The position numbers and the translations under genes were made by a program. Under the pieces are notes generated by a model, which made no database searches, had not been told where the DNA came from, and saw only the letters and a list, made by a program, of their open reading frames with translations. This document shows, one piece after another, positions 27,201 to 42,200 of a stretch of 64,000 nt of DNA; the stretch's first letter is position 1, and each line of letters starts with the position of its first letter. Origin of the DNA: Amphiscolops sp. MND2022 (Eukaryota); the NCBI GenBank assembly GCA_964187785.1, contig OZ076409.1, positions 73,410,001 through 73,474,000 of the forward strand. Direction: 5' to 3'.

Positions 27201-30200
27201 ATCAATATTGCTCAGCGCTGTTGGAGGAGTGCGTGGACAAATTTTGGTTTAAATCGGACTTGAACTTGACGAGAAATTAACGGTTTTTTGGGCGTTTCCG
27301 GGGTAAATTTTTTAACGGTCCAGCTTATCTTTGCCATTTTTTCGAAAATGTACATGCCTAAAGGCCTCCCCCTGGCCGAATTTACTCCCAGCAAACCCAT
27401 TTGGCCCTAAATACGGAGTTTCAGCGTTCCAGCATTCCGGGGCGGAAAGTTGTGGGACTTGGAAAAATTTCAAAATTTTTTCAAAAATTTTTTTTCCCGT
27501 TTTCCGGGCCCCCAATGAAGGGGAACGACCCCCCAACCAGTATTTTGAGTGAATTCATGTGGAACGCCCATGTTTGGAGGAGAAAAATGCCGTTTAGCAC
27601 ATCTTTTTATCTTAACTTGACATTGACTTATGACGTTTTGAATGTGATGTTAGGATATATGAAGCATGTTAAAAGTTGAAGTTTTGAGTCTTTATCTCAT
27701 CCGAAAACCATTGAGATACAAGCAGTTTTGCTAAAAACGATTTTCATTGTAGGTTAGCAGAGTATTAGTACACTTTGATGTCATTTGACTATTTTTTTCT
27801 TCTATATAATAACTGTTTTTATGTATTTATTCCAATTTATCTCATCTTTTAACATCAAGCAGTTGAGTACATTTCATCTCCCTTTCGGGGGAGATGAGAA
27901 TGTACTCGCTAAAAACCTAATGCTATGGCGCCAATGTTTGGATGGGAAGTTTTCTATGCTTTGAAAAAAGTTATTTTTAATTACTTGATTTTTTAAAACA
28001 ATAATTAACATGAAGTACATTACTTGCTCCTACTACTACCACCATACATCTCTAACGTCAACGCCCCCTGCTTGCATGAACGCCCCATCGTCCGTGGGCA
28101 TGCCGAGGCATGCCCTTCGACGACGTATGCCAAATGCCCAGTGCCACGCAGTCTTTCCCCGGCTAGGTGCCGGGATTTCTATTCGATAAAGTATGTGGCG
28201 CGCCTTGGGTAGGGTCCCTTGCGCGCTCTTGGGTATGGTGTTCACCAGCTAGGAAATAGGGGTCGATTTTTCGGGATCTCCTAAACTAGCCACACGATTT
28301 GGCTGAAATTTGGCACACGTACTCCCCTCGGCATGGTGAAGATGATTCCCTACTAGCGTTTTGCTGGCAAAATTTTTTTTGTTGTCCAAAATAACGGTTT
28401 TTGGTGGAAAATTTTGAATTTTTTTTAAATTTCATCTTATATCTCGCCACGGGTTTACGCTAGCGCTTCAATACCCTGCTAAAGAAAGCTTGCAAACTGT
28501 CTCAGGAATGCGGTGTGAAGTTTTCAGCTCAATCGAACTCAAACTCAGGGAGATATAGCGTTTTTCCGGAGCGGGGGGGTTTCATTTTTCTAACGGTCCA
28601 GCTTATCTTTGCCATTTTTTCAAAAATGCACTCGCCTAAAGGCCTCCCCTGGCCGGTTTTATTCCCAGCAAAATCATTTGGCCCTAAATACGGAGTTTCA
28701 GCGTTCCAGCATTCCCGGGCGAAAAGTTGTGGGACTTAGAAAAATTTCAAAAATTTTCGAAATTTTTTTTCCGTTTTCCGGCCCCTCCCCCGAGGGGAAA
28801 AGACCCCCCAACCAGTAATATGAGTGAATTTATGTGGAAAGGCCATGTTTAGACGAAAAAATTGCCGTTTAGAACGTCTTTCTATCTCAACCTGACATTG
28901 ACTTATGAAGCTTTAAAGGTGATGTTTGGACGTGTGAAGCATGTAAAAAAAGGAATTTTTTTGATTTTATTTCATCAGAAAGTCATTGAATCACACGCTG
29001 TGAAGCCCAGAGCGTGATTTCTAATAGTTTGGTATCGTTTAAACGCATTTTGGTGTCTTTTTACTCTGTTTAAAAAACTTTTCTCCTGAAAATTAATAAA
29101 TTTTGATTACTTTTCTTACTTTCCATTAATTTTTTTTTCTTATATTTTTACTTGAAACAGTTGAGTACATTCCATCTCCCTTCCCGGGGGAGATGAGAAT
29201 GTACTCGCAAAAAGCCGCGAACTACGGCCCATACCTTCCCGAGATACGCAGTATAAAGATAACATAATGGTCCAGACATTTTAATGGAGTTGTATCTTGG
29301 TAATATGTCTGGATTTGCAGAAAAATCAGCACGTGCCATTTTATACCAAGTTGCTCGCAACGACAATTAATTTAAATCAACGCCCCCCACAAAAATCAAC
29401 GCCCCCCGTCCGTGGGCATGCCGAGGCATGCCCTTCGACGACGTGCACCAAAATATGCCCCGAGCGCGTTAGCAGCTAGGTGCCGGGATTTTCTATTCGA
29501 CAAGTTTGCGCGCCTTGGGGAGGGTCCCTTTGCGCGCTTTAAGATCCAGGTGTTTCCAACTCCTAAACGGGCATGTGATTTCGACGATCTCCTAAACTAG
29601 CCATACGATTTGGCTGAAATTTGGCACACGTACCCCCCTCGGCACGGTGAAGATGATTCCCTACTGACGTTTTTCCCGCTAAACATTTTTTGTTGACCAA
29701 AATAACGGTTTTTGGGGTAAAATTTTCAACTTTTTTAAAATTTCATCTTATATCTCGCCACGGGTACACGCTAGCGCTTCCAAACCTTGCTGACGAAACC
29801 TTGCAAACTGTCTCAGGAATGCTGTGTGAAATTTTCAGCTCAATCGGAATTAAACTCGAGGAGATATAGCGTTTTTCCGGAGCGGGGGGGTTTCATTTTT
29901 CTAACGGTCCAGCTTATCTTTGCCATTTTTTCGAAAATACACTCGCCTAAAGGCCTCCCCTGGCCAAATTTACTCCCAGCAAAACCATTTGGCCCTAAAT
30001 ACGGAGTTTCAGCGTTCCAGCATTCCCGGGCGAAAAGTTGTGGGACTTAGAAAAGTTCAAAAATTTTCAAAAAAAATTTTTTCCGTTATTTGGGCCCTCA
30101 AAGTGGGGGAAAAGACCCCCCAACCAGTAAAGCAAGTGAATGCATGTGGAAAGCCCTTGTTTAGACGAGAAAAATGCCGTTTAGAACGTCTTTTTATCTT

Positions 30201-33200
30201 AACTTGACATTGACTTTTGTCGTTTTGAAGGTGACCGTTAGATACGGAAAATTGATGTTTTGAGTATTTATCCCATCTGAAAGCCATTGAGATACAACAT
30301 GTTTTGCTCAAAACGTGTTTCATTGCAGGTTCGCTGTCCATTATCACCCTTTGGTGTCTTTTCACGTAATTTTCGTTTCTATAATAACAATTTTTTGTGT
30401 ATTTGTTCATTTTTTTCTCATCAAATAACTTGAAACAGTTGAGTACATTCCATCTCCCTTCCCGGGGGAGATGAGAATGTACTCGCTAAAGGTCAGGAAC
30501 TACGGTCTATATCTTCCACAACACAAAAGGGATTGCAAATGGTTTCAGTTTGTCGCAGAAAACTTCTTTTTGCCCTCTGTGACTCGACAAAATGAACGTT
30601 TCTTACTTACTTTGAAACTCAGCATACCACAACTCATCTCTAACGTCAGCGCCCCCCTACTTGCATCAACGCCCACCGTCCGTGGGCATGCCGAGGCATG
30701 CCCTTCGACGACGTATACCAAGATATACCTGGAGCGCGGTAGCCGCTAGGTGCCGGGATTTCTATTCGATAAAGTATGTGGCGCGTGTGGGTAGGGCCCC
30801 TGGCGCGCTCTTGGGTATGGTGTTCACCAGCTAGGAAATAGGGGTCGATTTTTCGGGATCTCCTAAACTAGCCACACGATTTGGCTGAAATTTGGCACAC
30901 GTACCCCCCTCGGCACGGTGAAGATGATTTCCTACTGACGTTTTGCTCGCAAAATTTTTTTTGTTGTCCAAAATAACGGTTTTTGGTGGAAAATTTTGAA
31001 CTTTTTTTAAATTTCATCTTATATCTCGCCACGGGTTTACGCTAGCGCTTCAAAACCCTGCTAAAGAAAGCTTGCAAACTGTCTCAGGAATGCGGTCTGA
31101 AATTTTCAGCACAATCGGACTTAAACTCAAGGAGATATAGCGTTTTTCCGGAGCGGGGGGGTTTCATTTTTCTAACGGTCCAGCTTATCTTAGCCATTTT
31201 TTCGAAAATGTACTCGCCTAAAGACCTCCCCTGGCCGGTTTTATTCCCAGCAAAACCATTTGGCCCTAAATACGGAGTTTCAGCGTTCCAGCATTCCCGG
31301 GCGAAAAGTTGTGGGACTTAGAAAAATTCAAAAATTTTCAAAATTTTTTTTTTCGGTTTTCCGCCCTCCCCCCGAGGGGAAAAGACCCCCCAACCAGTAA
31401 TTTGAGTGAATTCATGTGGAAAGGCCATGTTTAGAGGAGAAAAATCCCGTTTAAATCGTCTTTTTATCTTTATTCAACGTTGACTTATGACGTTTTGAAG
31501 GTGATGTTTGGAAGGTGTGAAGCACGTGAAAAGTAAACGTTATGAGTATTTATCTGATCTGAAAGCCATTGAGATGCAATCTGTTTTGCTCAAAACGTAA
31601 TTCATATCCGTTTGGTAGTCATACAACACCCTTTGTTGTCATTTTACATCTTTTTTGTTGATATAAGAAAAAATTTTGAGTATTTATTCATTTTTTTCTC
31701 ATCAAATAACTTGAAACAGTTGAGTACATTCCATCCCCCCTTCACGGGGGAGATGAGAATGTACTCGCAAAAAGCCCCAAACTACGGCCCTTACCTTCCT
31801 GAGCTACGCAGTATAAAGATTGCATATTGGTTCCGATATTTTGATAGAGTTATATCTTGGTAATCTGTCTGGGTATGCAGAAAAACCAGCACGTGCTTTT
31901 TTATACCAAGTTGCTCACAACGACATTTATTTTATATCAACGCCCCCATATTTATCAACGCCCCCCGTCCGTGGGCATGCCGAGGCATGCCCTTCGACGA
32001 CGTATACCAAGATATGTTCGAGCGCGTTAGCCTAGGTGCCGGTGTCTTTTTACACAATGGGGGAAGTTGCGCGGTTGGGGAGGGTCCCTGACGCGCTTCC
32101 GTGAGATCAGGTTTTTCAACTAGTGAAATCGACAAAGAAAATTGAGATCTCGTAAACTAGCCATACGATTTGGCTGAAATTTGGCACACGTACCCCCCTC
32201 GGCACGGTGAAGATGATTTCCTACTGACGTTTTTCCCGCTAAACATTTTTTGTTGACCAAAATAACGGTTTTTGGGGTAAAATTTTCAACTTTTTTTAAA
32301 TTTCATCTTATATCTCGCCACGGGTACACGCTAGCGCTTCCAAACCTTGCTGACGAAAGTTTGCAAACTGTCTCAGGAATGCTGTATGAAATTTTCAGCT
32401 CAATCGGACTTAAACTCGAGGAGATATAGCGTTTTTCCGGAGCGGGGGGGTTTCATTTTTCTAACGGTCCAGCTTATCTTTGCCATTTTTTCGAAAATGC
32501 ACTCGCCTAAAGGCCTCCCCTGGCCGGTTTTATTCCCAGCAAAACCATTTGGCCCTAAATACGGAGTTTCAGCGTTCCAGCATTCTCGGGCGAAAAGTTG
32601 TGGGACTTAGAAAATTTCAAAAATTTTCAAAAATTTTTTTTTTCGTTATTTGGGCCCCCAAAGTGGGGGAAAAGACCCCCCAACCAGTAAATCAAGTGAA
32701 TGCATGTGGAAAGGCCATGTTTAGAGGAGAAAAATGCCGTTTAGAACGTCTTTTTATCTTGGCTCAACGTTGACTTATGACGTTTTGAAGGTGATGTTTG
32801 AAGGTGTAAAGCACGTGAATAGTAAACGTTATGAGTATTTATCTGAACTGAAAGCCATTGAGATGCAATATGGTTTGCTCAAAACGTAATTCATGGCAGT
32901 TTGGCAATCAATCAACACCCTTTGTTGTCGTTTGACATACTTTTTTGTTGTTATAATAAAAAATTTTGTGTATTTATTCATTTTTTTCTCATCAAATAAC
33001 TTGAAACAGTTGAGTACATTCCATCCCCCCCTTCCGGGGGAGATGAGAATGTACTCGCAAAAAGCACCGAACTACGGCCCTAACCTTCCCGAGCTACGCA
33101 GTATAAGGATTACATATTGGTTCCGACATTTTCATAGAGTTAAATCTTGGTAATCTGTCTGGATATGCCGAAAAATCAGCACGTGCCTTTTAATACCAAG

Positions 33201-36200
33201 TTGCTCACAACGACAATTATTTTATATCAACGCCCCCATATTTATCAACGCCCCCCGTCCGTGGGCATGCCAAGGCATGCCCTTCGACGACCCGCACCAA
33301 AATATGCGTTAGCGCGGTAGCCGCTAGGTGGCCGTGTCTTTTCGACGTGCTTTTGCATCGAGGAGTGGGTAGGGCCCCGCGACGACCTAGAAGAATTGGA
33401 TGCTCACCGAAACGTGCAGAATTCTACGAGATCTCATAGTTTGAGCCATACGATTTTGCTGAAATTTGGCATGTGGCCTGGAATTGGTGAGTAGGTAAAA
33501 CGTGTAGGAGGTGATTTTTCCCAAATTCCACTGTGAGACGAGATATGGGCAAATAACGGTCCCAAAAATGGCAAAAATGCACTTTTTTCAAGTTTGTCAG
33601 CCCATATCTCGTTCCCAGGTGCCCGGAGCGGGACGCGTTAAGCTGATTATAAACTCTAGGGTGTTGAGGCTGTACGGGGAAGTCAGGCCCGTTCCGATCG
33701 GACTTGTAGTCTTGGAGAAATAACGGTATTTTTGGGGAACCTTTTCTAACGGTCCAGCTTATCTTTGCCATTTTTTCGAAAATGTACTCGCCTAAAGGCC
33801 TCCCCCTGGCCGAATTTACTCCCAGCAAAACCATTTGGCCCTAAATACGGAGTTTCAGCGTTCCAGCATTCCCGGGCGAAAAGTTGTGGGACTTGGAAAA
33901 TTTTCAAAAATTTTCAAAAAATTTTTTTTCGTTTTCCGGGCCCCCAATGAAGGGGAAACGACCCCCCAACCAGTAATTTGAGTGAATGCATGTCAAAAGC
34001 CCTTGTTTTGACGAGAAAAATACCGTTTAGAACATCTTTTTATCTTGACTCAACGTTGACTTATGACGTTTTGAATGTGATGTAAGGATGTAGGAGGCAT
34101 GTGAAAAGTTGATGTTTTGAGTCTTTATCTCATATGAAAGCGGTTGAGATGAAAGCTGTCCTGCTCAAAACGTCTTTCGTTGCAATTTTCCAGTGCACCA
34201 ATACCCTTTGGTGTCATATAAACATACTTTTCGTCGATATATTAACAATTTTAATGTATTTATTCCAATTTTTATTATCTTATAACTCAAAACAGTTGAG
34301 TACATTTCATCTCCCTTTCGGGGGAGATGAGAATGTACTCGCTAAAGACCTAGCGCCATGACCAAAAGTTTGAAACCCGCGTTTTTTATCTTCTTACAGA
34401 CTTGTTTTTGTATTTTTTCGGAATTTTTTAAAAATTAATATACTTGGAATACATTACTTGACTTTACTACTACAATCCACCTCCAACGTCAACGCCCCCC
34501 TGCTTGCATCAACGCCCACCGTCCGTGGGCATGCCGAGGCATGCCCTTCGACGACGTATGCCAAATGCCCAGTGCCACGCAGTCATTTTCGCTAGGTGGC
34601 CGTGTCTTTTCGACGTGCTTTTGCATCGAGGAGTGGGTAGGGCCCCGCGACGACCTAGAAGAATTGGATGCTCACCGAAACGTGCAGAATTCTACGAGAT
34701 CTCATAGTTTGAGCCATACGATTTTTCTGAAATTTGGCATGTGGCCTGGAATTGGTGAGTAGGTAAAACGTGTAGGAGGTAATTTTTCCCAAATTCCATT
34801 GTGAGAGGAGATATGGGCAAATAACGGTCCCAAAAATGGCAAAATTGCACTTTTTTCAACTTTGTCAGCCAATATCTCTTTTCCAGGTGCCCGTAGCGTT
34901 CCGCACGTGGACATCAATATTGCTCAGCGCTGTTGGAGGAGTGCGTGGACAAATTTTGGTTTAAATCGGACTTAAACTTGACGAGAAATTAACGGTTTTT
35001 TGGGCGTTTCCGGGGTAAATTTTTTAACGGTCCAGCTTATCTTTGCCATTTTTTCGAAAATGTACATGCCTAAAGGCCTCCCCCTGGCCGAATTTACTCC
35101 CAGCAAACCCATTTGGCCCTAAATACGGAGTTTCAGCGTTCCAGCATTCCGGGGCGGAAAGTTGTGGGACTTGGAAAAATTTCAAAATTTTTTCAAAAAA
35201 ATTTTTTCCCGTTTTCCGGGACCCCAATGAAGAGGAACGACCCCCCCGACCAGTATTTTGAGTGAATTCATGTGGAACGCCCATGTTTGGAGGAGAAAAA
35301 TGCCCTTTAGCACATCTTTTTATCTTAACTTGACATTGACTTATGACGTTTTGAATGTGATGTTAGGATATATGAAGCATGTTAAAAGTTGAAGTTTTGA
35401 GTCTTTATCTCATCGGAAAACCATTGAGATACAAGCAGTTTTGCTAAAAACGATTTTCATTGTAGGTTAGCAGAGTATTAGTACACTTTGATGTCATTTG
35501 AGTATTTTTTTCTTCTATATAATAACTGTTTTTATGTATTTATTCCAATTTATCTCATCTTTTAACATCAAGCAGTTGAGTACATTTCATCTCCCTTTCG
35601 GGGGAGATGAGAATGTACTCGCTAAAAACCTAATGCTATGGCGCCAATGTTTGGATGGGAAGTTTTCTATGCTTTGAAAAAAGTTATTTTTAATTACTTG
35701 ATTTTTTAAAACAATAATTAACATGAAGTACATTACTTGCTCCTACTACTACCACCATACATCTCTAACGTCAACGCCCCCTGCTTGCATCAACGCCCCA
35801 TCGTCCGTGGGCATGCCGAGGCATGCCCTTCGACGACGTATGCCAAATGCCCAGTGCCACGCAGTCTTTCCCCGCTAGGTGCCGGGATTTTCTATTCGAC
35901 AAGTTTGCGCGCCTTGGGGAGGGTCCCTTTGCGCGCTTTAAGATCCAGGTGTTTCCAACTCCTAAACGGGCATGTGATTTCGACGATCTCCTAAACTAGC
36001 CATACGATTTGGCTGAAATTTGGCACACGTACCCCCCTCGGCACGGTGAAGATGATTCCCTACTGACGTTTTTTCCGCTAAACATTTTTTGTTGACCAAA
36101 ATAACGGTTTTTGGGGTAAAATTTTCAACTTTTTTTAAATTTCATCTTATATCTCGCCACGGGTTTACGCTAGCGCTTCCAAATCTTGCTGACGAAACCT

Positions 36201-39200
36201 TGCAAACTGTCTCAGGAATGCGGTGTGAAATTTTCAGCTCAATCGGACTCAAACTCGGGGAGATATAGCGTTTTTCCGGAGCGGGGGGGTTTCATTTTTC
36301 TAACGGTCCAGCTTATCTTTGCCATTTTTTCGAAAATGCACTCGCCTAAAGGCCTCCCCTTGCCGGTTTTATTCCCAGCAAAACCATTTGGCCCTAAATA
36401 CGGAGTTTCAGCGTTCCAGCATTCCCGGGCGAAAAGTTGTGGGACTTAGAATTTTTCAAAAATTTTCAAAAAAATTTTTTTCCGTTATTTGGGCCCCCAA
36501 AGTGGGGGAAAAGACCCCCCAACCAGTAAAGCAAGGGAATGCATGTGCAAAGCCCTTGTTTAGAGGAGAAAAATGCCGTTTAGAACGTCTTTTTATCTTG
36601 GCTCAACGTTGACTTATGACGTTTTGAAGGTGGTGTTTGGAGGTGTAAAGCACGTGAATAGTAAACATTATGGGTATTTATCTGATCTAAAAGCCATTGA
36701 GATGCAATATGGTTTGCTCAAAACGTAATTCATTGCAGTTTGGCAATCAATCAACACCCTTTGTTGTCGTTTGACATACTTTTTTGTTGTTATAATAAAA
36801 AAATTTGTGTATTTGTTCATTTTTTTCTCATCAAATAGCTTGAAACAGTTGAGTACATTCCATCCCCCCCCCTTCCGGGGGAGATGAGAATGTACTCGCA
36901 AAAAGCACCGGACTACGGCCCTTACCTTCCCGAGCTACGCAGTATAAGGATTACATATTGGTCCCGACATTTTCATAGAGTTAAATCTTGGTAATCTGTC
37001 TGGATATGCAGAAAAATCAGCACGTGCCTTTCAATACCAAGTTGCTTACAACGACAATTATTTTATATCAACGCCCCCATATTTATCAACGCCCCCCGTC
37101 TGTGGGCATGCCGAGGCATGCCCTTCGACGACGTATACCAAGATATACATAAGCGCGGTAGCCGCTAGGTGCCGGTGTTTTTTTACACAAAGGGGGATGT
37201 TGCGCGTGTGGGGAGGGTCCCTGACGCGCTCCCGGGATTTCGGATTTTTTAACCTTTACGTACCCATCAAAAATTTTGGGATCTCGAAAACTAGCCGTAC
37301 GATTTGGCTGAAATTTGGCACACGTACCCCCCTCGGCACGGTGAAGATGATTTCCTACTGACGTTTTTCCCGCTAAACATTTTTTGTTGACCAAAATAAC
37401 GGTTTTTGGGGTAAAATTTTCAACTTTTTTTAAATTTCATCTCATATCTTGCCACGGGTACACGCTAGCGCTTTCAAACCTTGCTGACGAAACCTTGCAA
37501 ACTGTCTCAGGAATGCTGTGTGAAATTTTCAGCTCAATCGGACTTAAACTCGAGGAGATATAGCGTTTTTCCGGAGCAGGGGGGTTTCATTTTTCTAACG
37601 GTCCAGCTTATCTTTGCCATTTTTTCGAAAATGCACTCGCCTAAAGGCCTCCCCTGGCCGGTTTTACTCCCAGCAAAACCATTTGGCCCTAAATACGGAG
37701 TTTCAGCGTTCCAGCATTCCCGGGCGAAAAGTTGTGGGACTTAGAAAATTTCAAAAATTTTCAAAAAATTTTTTTTCCGTTATTTGGGCCCCCAAAGTGG
37801 GGGAAAAGACCCCCCAACCAGTAAAGCAAGTGAATGCATGTGCAAAGCCCTTGTTTGGACGAGAAAAATGCCGTTTAGAACGTCTTTTTATCTTAGGTCA
37901 ACGTTGACTTATCACGTTTTGAAGGTGATGTTTGGAGGTGTAAAGCACGTGAATAGTAAACGTTATGAGTATTTATCTGATCTGAAAGCCATTGAGATGC
38001 AATATGGTTTGCTCAAAACGTAATTCATTGCAGTTTGGCAGTCAATCAACACCCTTTGTTGTCGTTTGACATACTTTTTTGTTGTTATAATAAAAAATTT
38101 TGTGTATTTATTCATTTTTTTCTCATCAAATAACTTGAAACAGTTGAGTACATTCCATCCCCCCTTCCAGGGGAGATGAGAATGTACTCGCAAAAAGCAC
38201 CGAACTACGGCCCTTACCTTCCCGAGCTACGCAGTATAAGGATTACATATTGGTTCCGACATTTTCATAGAGTTAAATCTTGGTAATCTGTCTGGATATG
38301 CAGAAAAATCAGCACGTGCCTTTTAATACCAAGTTGCTTACAACGACAATTATTTTATATCAACGCCCCCATATTTATCAACGCCCCCCGTCCGTGGGCA
38401 TGCCGAGGCATGCCCTTCGACGACGTATACCAAGATATGCGTTAACGCGTTAGCCTAGGTGGCCGGAAATTTTTTTTTTCATCAAAATCTTTGCCATTGG
38501 GGGAGGGGCCCCGGATGGCCAGTAGTTCGGCTTGGCTACCTGCAAAATCAGGTACAAAAAAACACGATCTCAAAATTGGCCCGTCAGAAATCGCTCATTT
38601 TTTGCATGCGGCCCTAAAATCAATATATAAGAACAAAGTCCTGCTGACGTTTTGCCGAAAAAACATTTTTTGTTGACCAAAAATAACATTTTTCATGCCA
38701 AAATGACTGTTTTTTCACATTTTTCAACTTTGAGAGCTCATATCTCGTTCCCAGGTACCCGGAGCGGTTCGCACGTGAACTGCAATATTGCTCAGCGTTG
38801 TTAACGGAGTGCGTGGACAAATTTTGGTCCAAATCGGACTTAAACTCGGGGAGATGTAAACGGATTTTTGGGGGTTTCCGGGGTAAATTTTTTAACGGTC
38901 CAGCTTATCTTTGCCATTTTTTGGAAAATGTACTCGCCTAAAGGCCTCCCCCTGGCCGAATTTACTCCCAGCAAAACCATTTGGCCCTAAATACGGCGTT
39001 TCAGCGTTCTAGCATTTGCGGGCGAAAAGTTGTGGGACTTAGAAAAAATTCAAAATTTTTCAAAAATTTTTTTTTCGTTTTCCGGCCCCCCAATGAAGGG
39101 GAACGACCCCCCAACTAGGATTTTTGGTGAATCCATGCGAAAACGTCTTGTTTAGTGGAGAAAAATGCCGTTTAGAGCGACTTTTTATCTTAACTTGACG

Positions 39201-42200
39201 TTGACTTATGTCGTTTTGAATTTGATATTAGTATGTGTTGAGCATGTGAAAAGTTGAACATTTCAGTTGTTCTTTCGTGTTAGCCATTGAGATACAAGCT
39301 GTAGTGATCAAATTGTGATTTTTTGCAGTTTCGTGGTGCTTTTGGTGTATTTTGATTCTTTTGATAAAAATTTGTTCTTTATATATTGACAATTTTGGTG
39401 TATTGATTCAAATGAACATGAAACAGTTGAGTACATTTCATCTCCCTCTTGGGGGAGATGAGAATGTACTCGCTAAAGTCCTAGTACTATGACCCATTTT
39501 TGTTTTTATCAGACGCAGATACTGCCAACGGATACTTTTTGTTGGTGCCACTTTCCTGTGCACAATGTCTTTAGAAGCTAGAAAACTCTATGTCTCTAGC
39601 TTACTTCTCCTACAAATTCGTCACCAACGTCAACGCCACACACTTTCACTAACGCCCACCGTCTGTGGGCATGCCGAGGCATGCCCTTCGACGACGTATG
39701 CCAAATAGCGCCACAGGGCGCCCAATTTTGTCTAGGTGGCCGTGTCTTTTCGACGTGCTTTTGCATCGAGGAGTGGGTAGGGCCCCGCGACGACCTAGAA
39801 GAATTGGATGCTCACCGAAACGTGCAGAATTCTACGAGATCTCATAGTTTGAGCCATACGATTTTGCTGAAATTTGGCATGTGGCCTGGAATTGGTGAGT
39901 AGGTAAAACGTGTAGGAGGTAATTTTTCCCAAATTCCATTGTGAGAGGAGATATGGGCAAATAACGGACCCAAAAATGGGGAAAATGCACTTTTTTCAAG
40001 TTTGTCAGCCAATATCTCATTTCCAGGTGCCCGTAGCGTTCCGCACGTGGACATCAATATTGCTCAGCGCTGTCAGAAGAGTGCGTGGACAAATTTTGGT
40101 TCAAATCGGACTGAAACTTGGCGAGAAATTAACGGTTTTTTGGGCGTTTCCGGGGTAAATTTTTTAACGGTCCAGCTTATCTTTGCCATTTTTTCGAAAA
40201 TGTACTTGCCTAAAGGCCTCCCCCTGGCCGAATTTCCTCCCAGCAAACCCATTTGGCCCTAAATACGGAGTTTCAGCGTTCCAGCATTTCCGGGCGAAAA
40301 GTTGTGGGACTTAGAAAAATTTCAAAATTTTTCAAAAAATTTTTTTTCCGTTTTCCGCCCCCCCCCCAGAGGGGAAAAGACCCCCCAACCAGAATTTTGA
40401 GGGATTGCATGTCGAAAGCCCTTGTTTTGACGAGAAAAATACCGTTTAGAACATCTTTTTATTTTAACTTGACGTTGACTAATGACGTTTTGAATGTGAT
40501 GTTTGGACGTGTGAGGCATGTGAAAAGTTGATGTTTTGAGTCTTTATCTCATGTGAAAGCGATTGAGATGCAAGCTGTACTGCTCAAAACGTCTTTCGTT
40601 GTAGTTTTCCAGTGCCGCAATAACCTTTGATGTCATTTGAATATACTTTTCTTCGATATATTAACAATTTTATTGTATTTATTCCAATTTTTGTTATCTT
40701 ATAACTCAAAACAGTTGAGTACATTTCATCTCCCTTTCGGGGGAGATGAGAATGTACTCGCTAAAAACCTAGTGCTATTGCGCCGCAATGATTGCAAAAG
40801 TTGTTTTTACTGCTGTTCCACAAGCATTTTTAAACTGACTTTTTTAAAACTATTAATTAACTTAAAGTACATTACTTGAACTTACTACTAATACCACCTA
40901 TCTCTAACGTCAACGCCCCCCTGCTTGCATCAACGCCCACCGTCCGTGGGCATGCCGAGGCATGCCCTTCGACGACGTATGCCAAATGCCCAGTGCCACG
41001 CAGTCTTTTCCCGCTAGGTGCCGGGATTTCTATTCGATAAAGTAAGTTGCGCGGTTGGGTAGGGCCCCGTGAGCGCGCCCGTGTCTGTGTTTTTTGAACC
41101 TGAATTTGCGGGTGCCAAAATAGACGATCTCCTAAACTATCCATACGATTTGGCTCAAATTTGGCATACGGGTTCCTGAGACAGATATAAGAACTAATTC
41201 CTACTGGCGTTTTGCCCGGAAAATTTTTTTTGTTGCCCAAAATTGAAATTTTCGGCAAAAAAATGCGATTTTTTTTGAAAAATTTTTTTTGAGAGGCCAT
41301 AACTTTTTTCAGGGAGCCCGGAGCGGGACGCGTTAAACTGATTATAAACTCTACGGTTCATGGGCTGTACGGGGAACCTATTTTTGTTGGAATCCGACTT
41401 GTAGATTTTGAGATATATTATCAAATTTGGGTGTTTTTTTTCCAATTTTTCGAAAAACCTGTTTTATCTCTGCCGTTTTTTGCCCAGATTTTTTTCTAGA
41501 CCCTCTCCTAAAGGCCTCCCCTGGCCGGATTACGTCCCAGCAAAACCATTTGGCCCTAAATACGAAGTTTCAGCGTTCTAGCATTCTCGGGCGAAAAGTT
41601 GTGGGACTTAGAAAATTTTTTTTTAAAACGCAAAATGTGTAAAGTCAACTTCAAGCCTCCCAAAGTCAAGGAACTTCCACACAACTAGGATTGCAAGTGG
41701 ATGCATGTGGAAAGTGCTTAAATAGACGAGAAAAATGAGCTATTATAAATCTCTGTAGCTTAACCTGACGTTGACTTATGACAATTTTAGTGTGAGCTTG
41801 CTATGTGAGAAAAAATTTCAAAAATTGAAAATCGAAGCTAAGTCTCATCCAAAACTCATCGGAATACGTTCAATCCATTCCAAAGCGGTTTACTTCCAGC
41901 TATAGACTGCAGCAACACTATTCAAGACCATTGTACCCCTTTATATTAGTTTTGACATTGTATTATTCATCCGAGAGCACAAAGCAGTTGAGTACATTCC
42001 ATCTCCCTTTCGGGGGAGATGAGAATGTACTCGCTAAAGAACAGGTACTACAGCCAACTTTTGTATTTATGCGAAGCCATTCTATGCTATTGCACATAAC
42101 AACTATGCTATTGACTTAATTTTGCCTACACTTTGCTATGACATATGCTAAACGTTTGGTCCTTACAACAACATACACATGACTAACGTCAACACCACAT

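Noticed and set aside
28158..28174. Inverted repeat CCCGGC-TAGGT-GCCGGG across a junction, suggesting TIRs or a recombinase core site
   Set aside because: It is only 6 bp and is present at a few junctions; most junctions show no such symmetry, so a TIR/TSD transposon model is unsupported.
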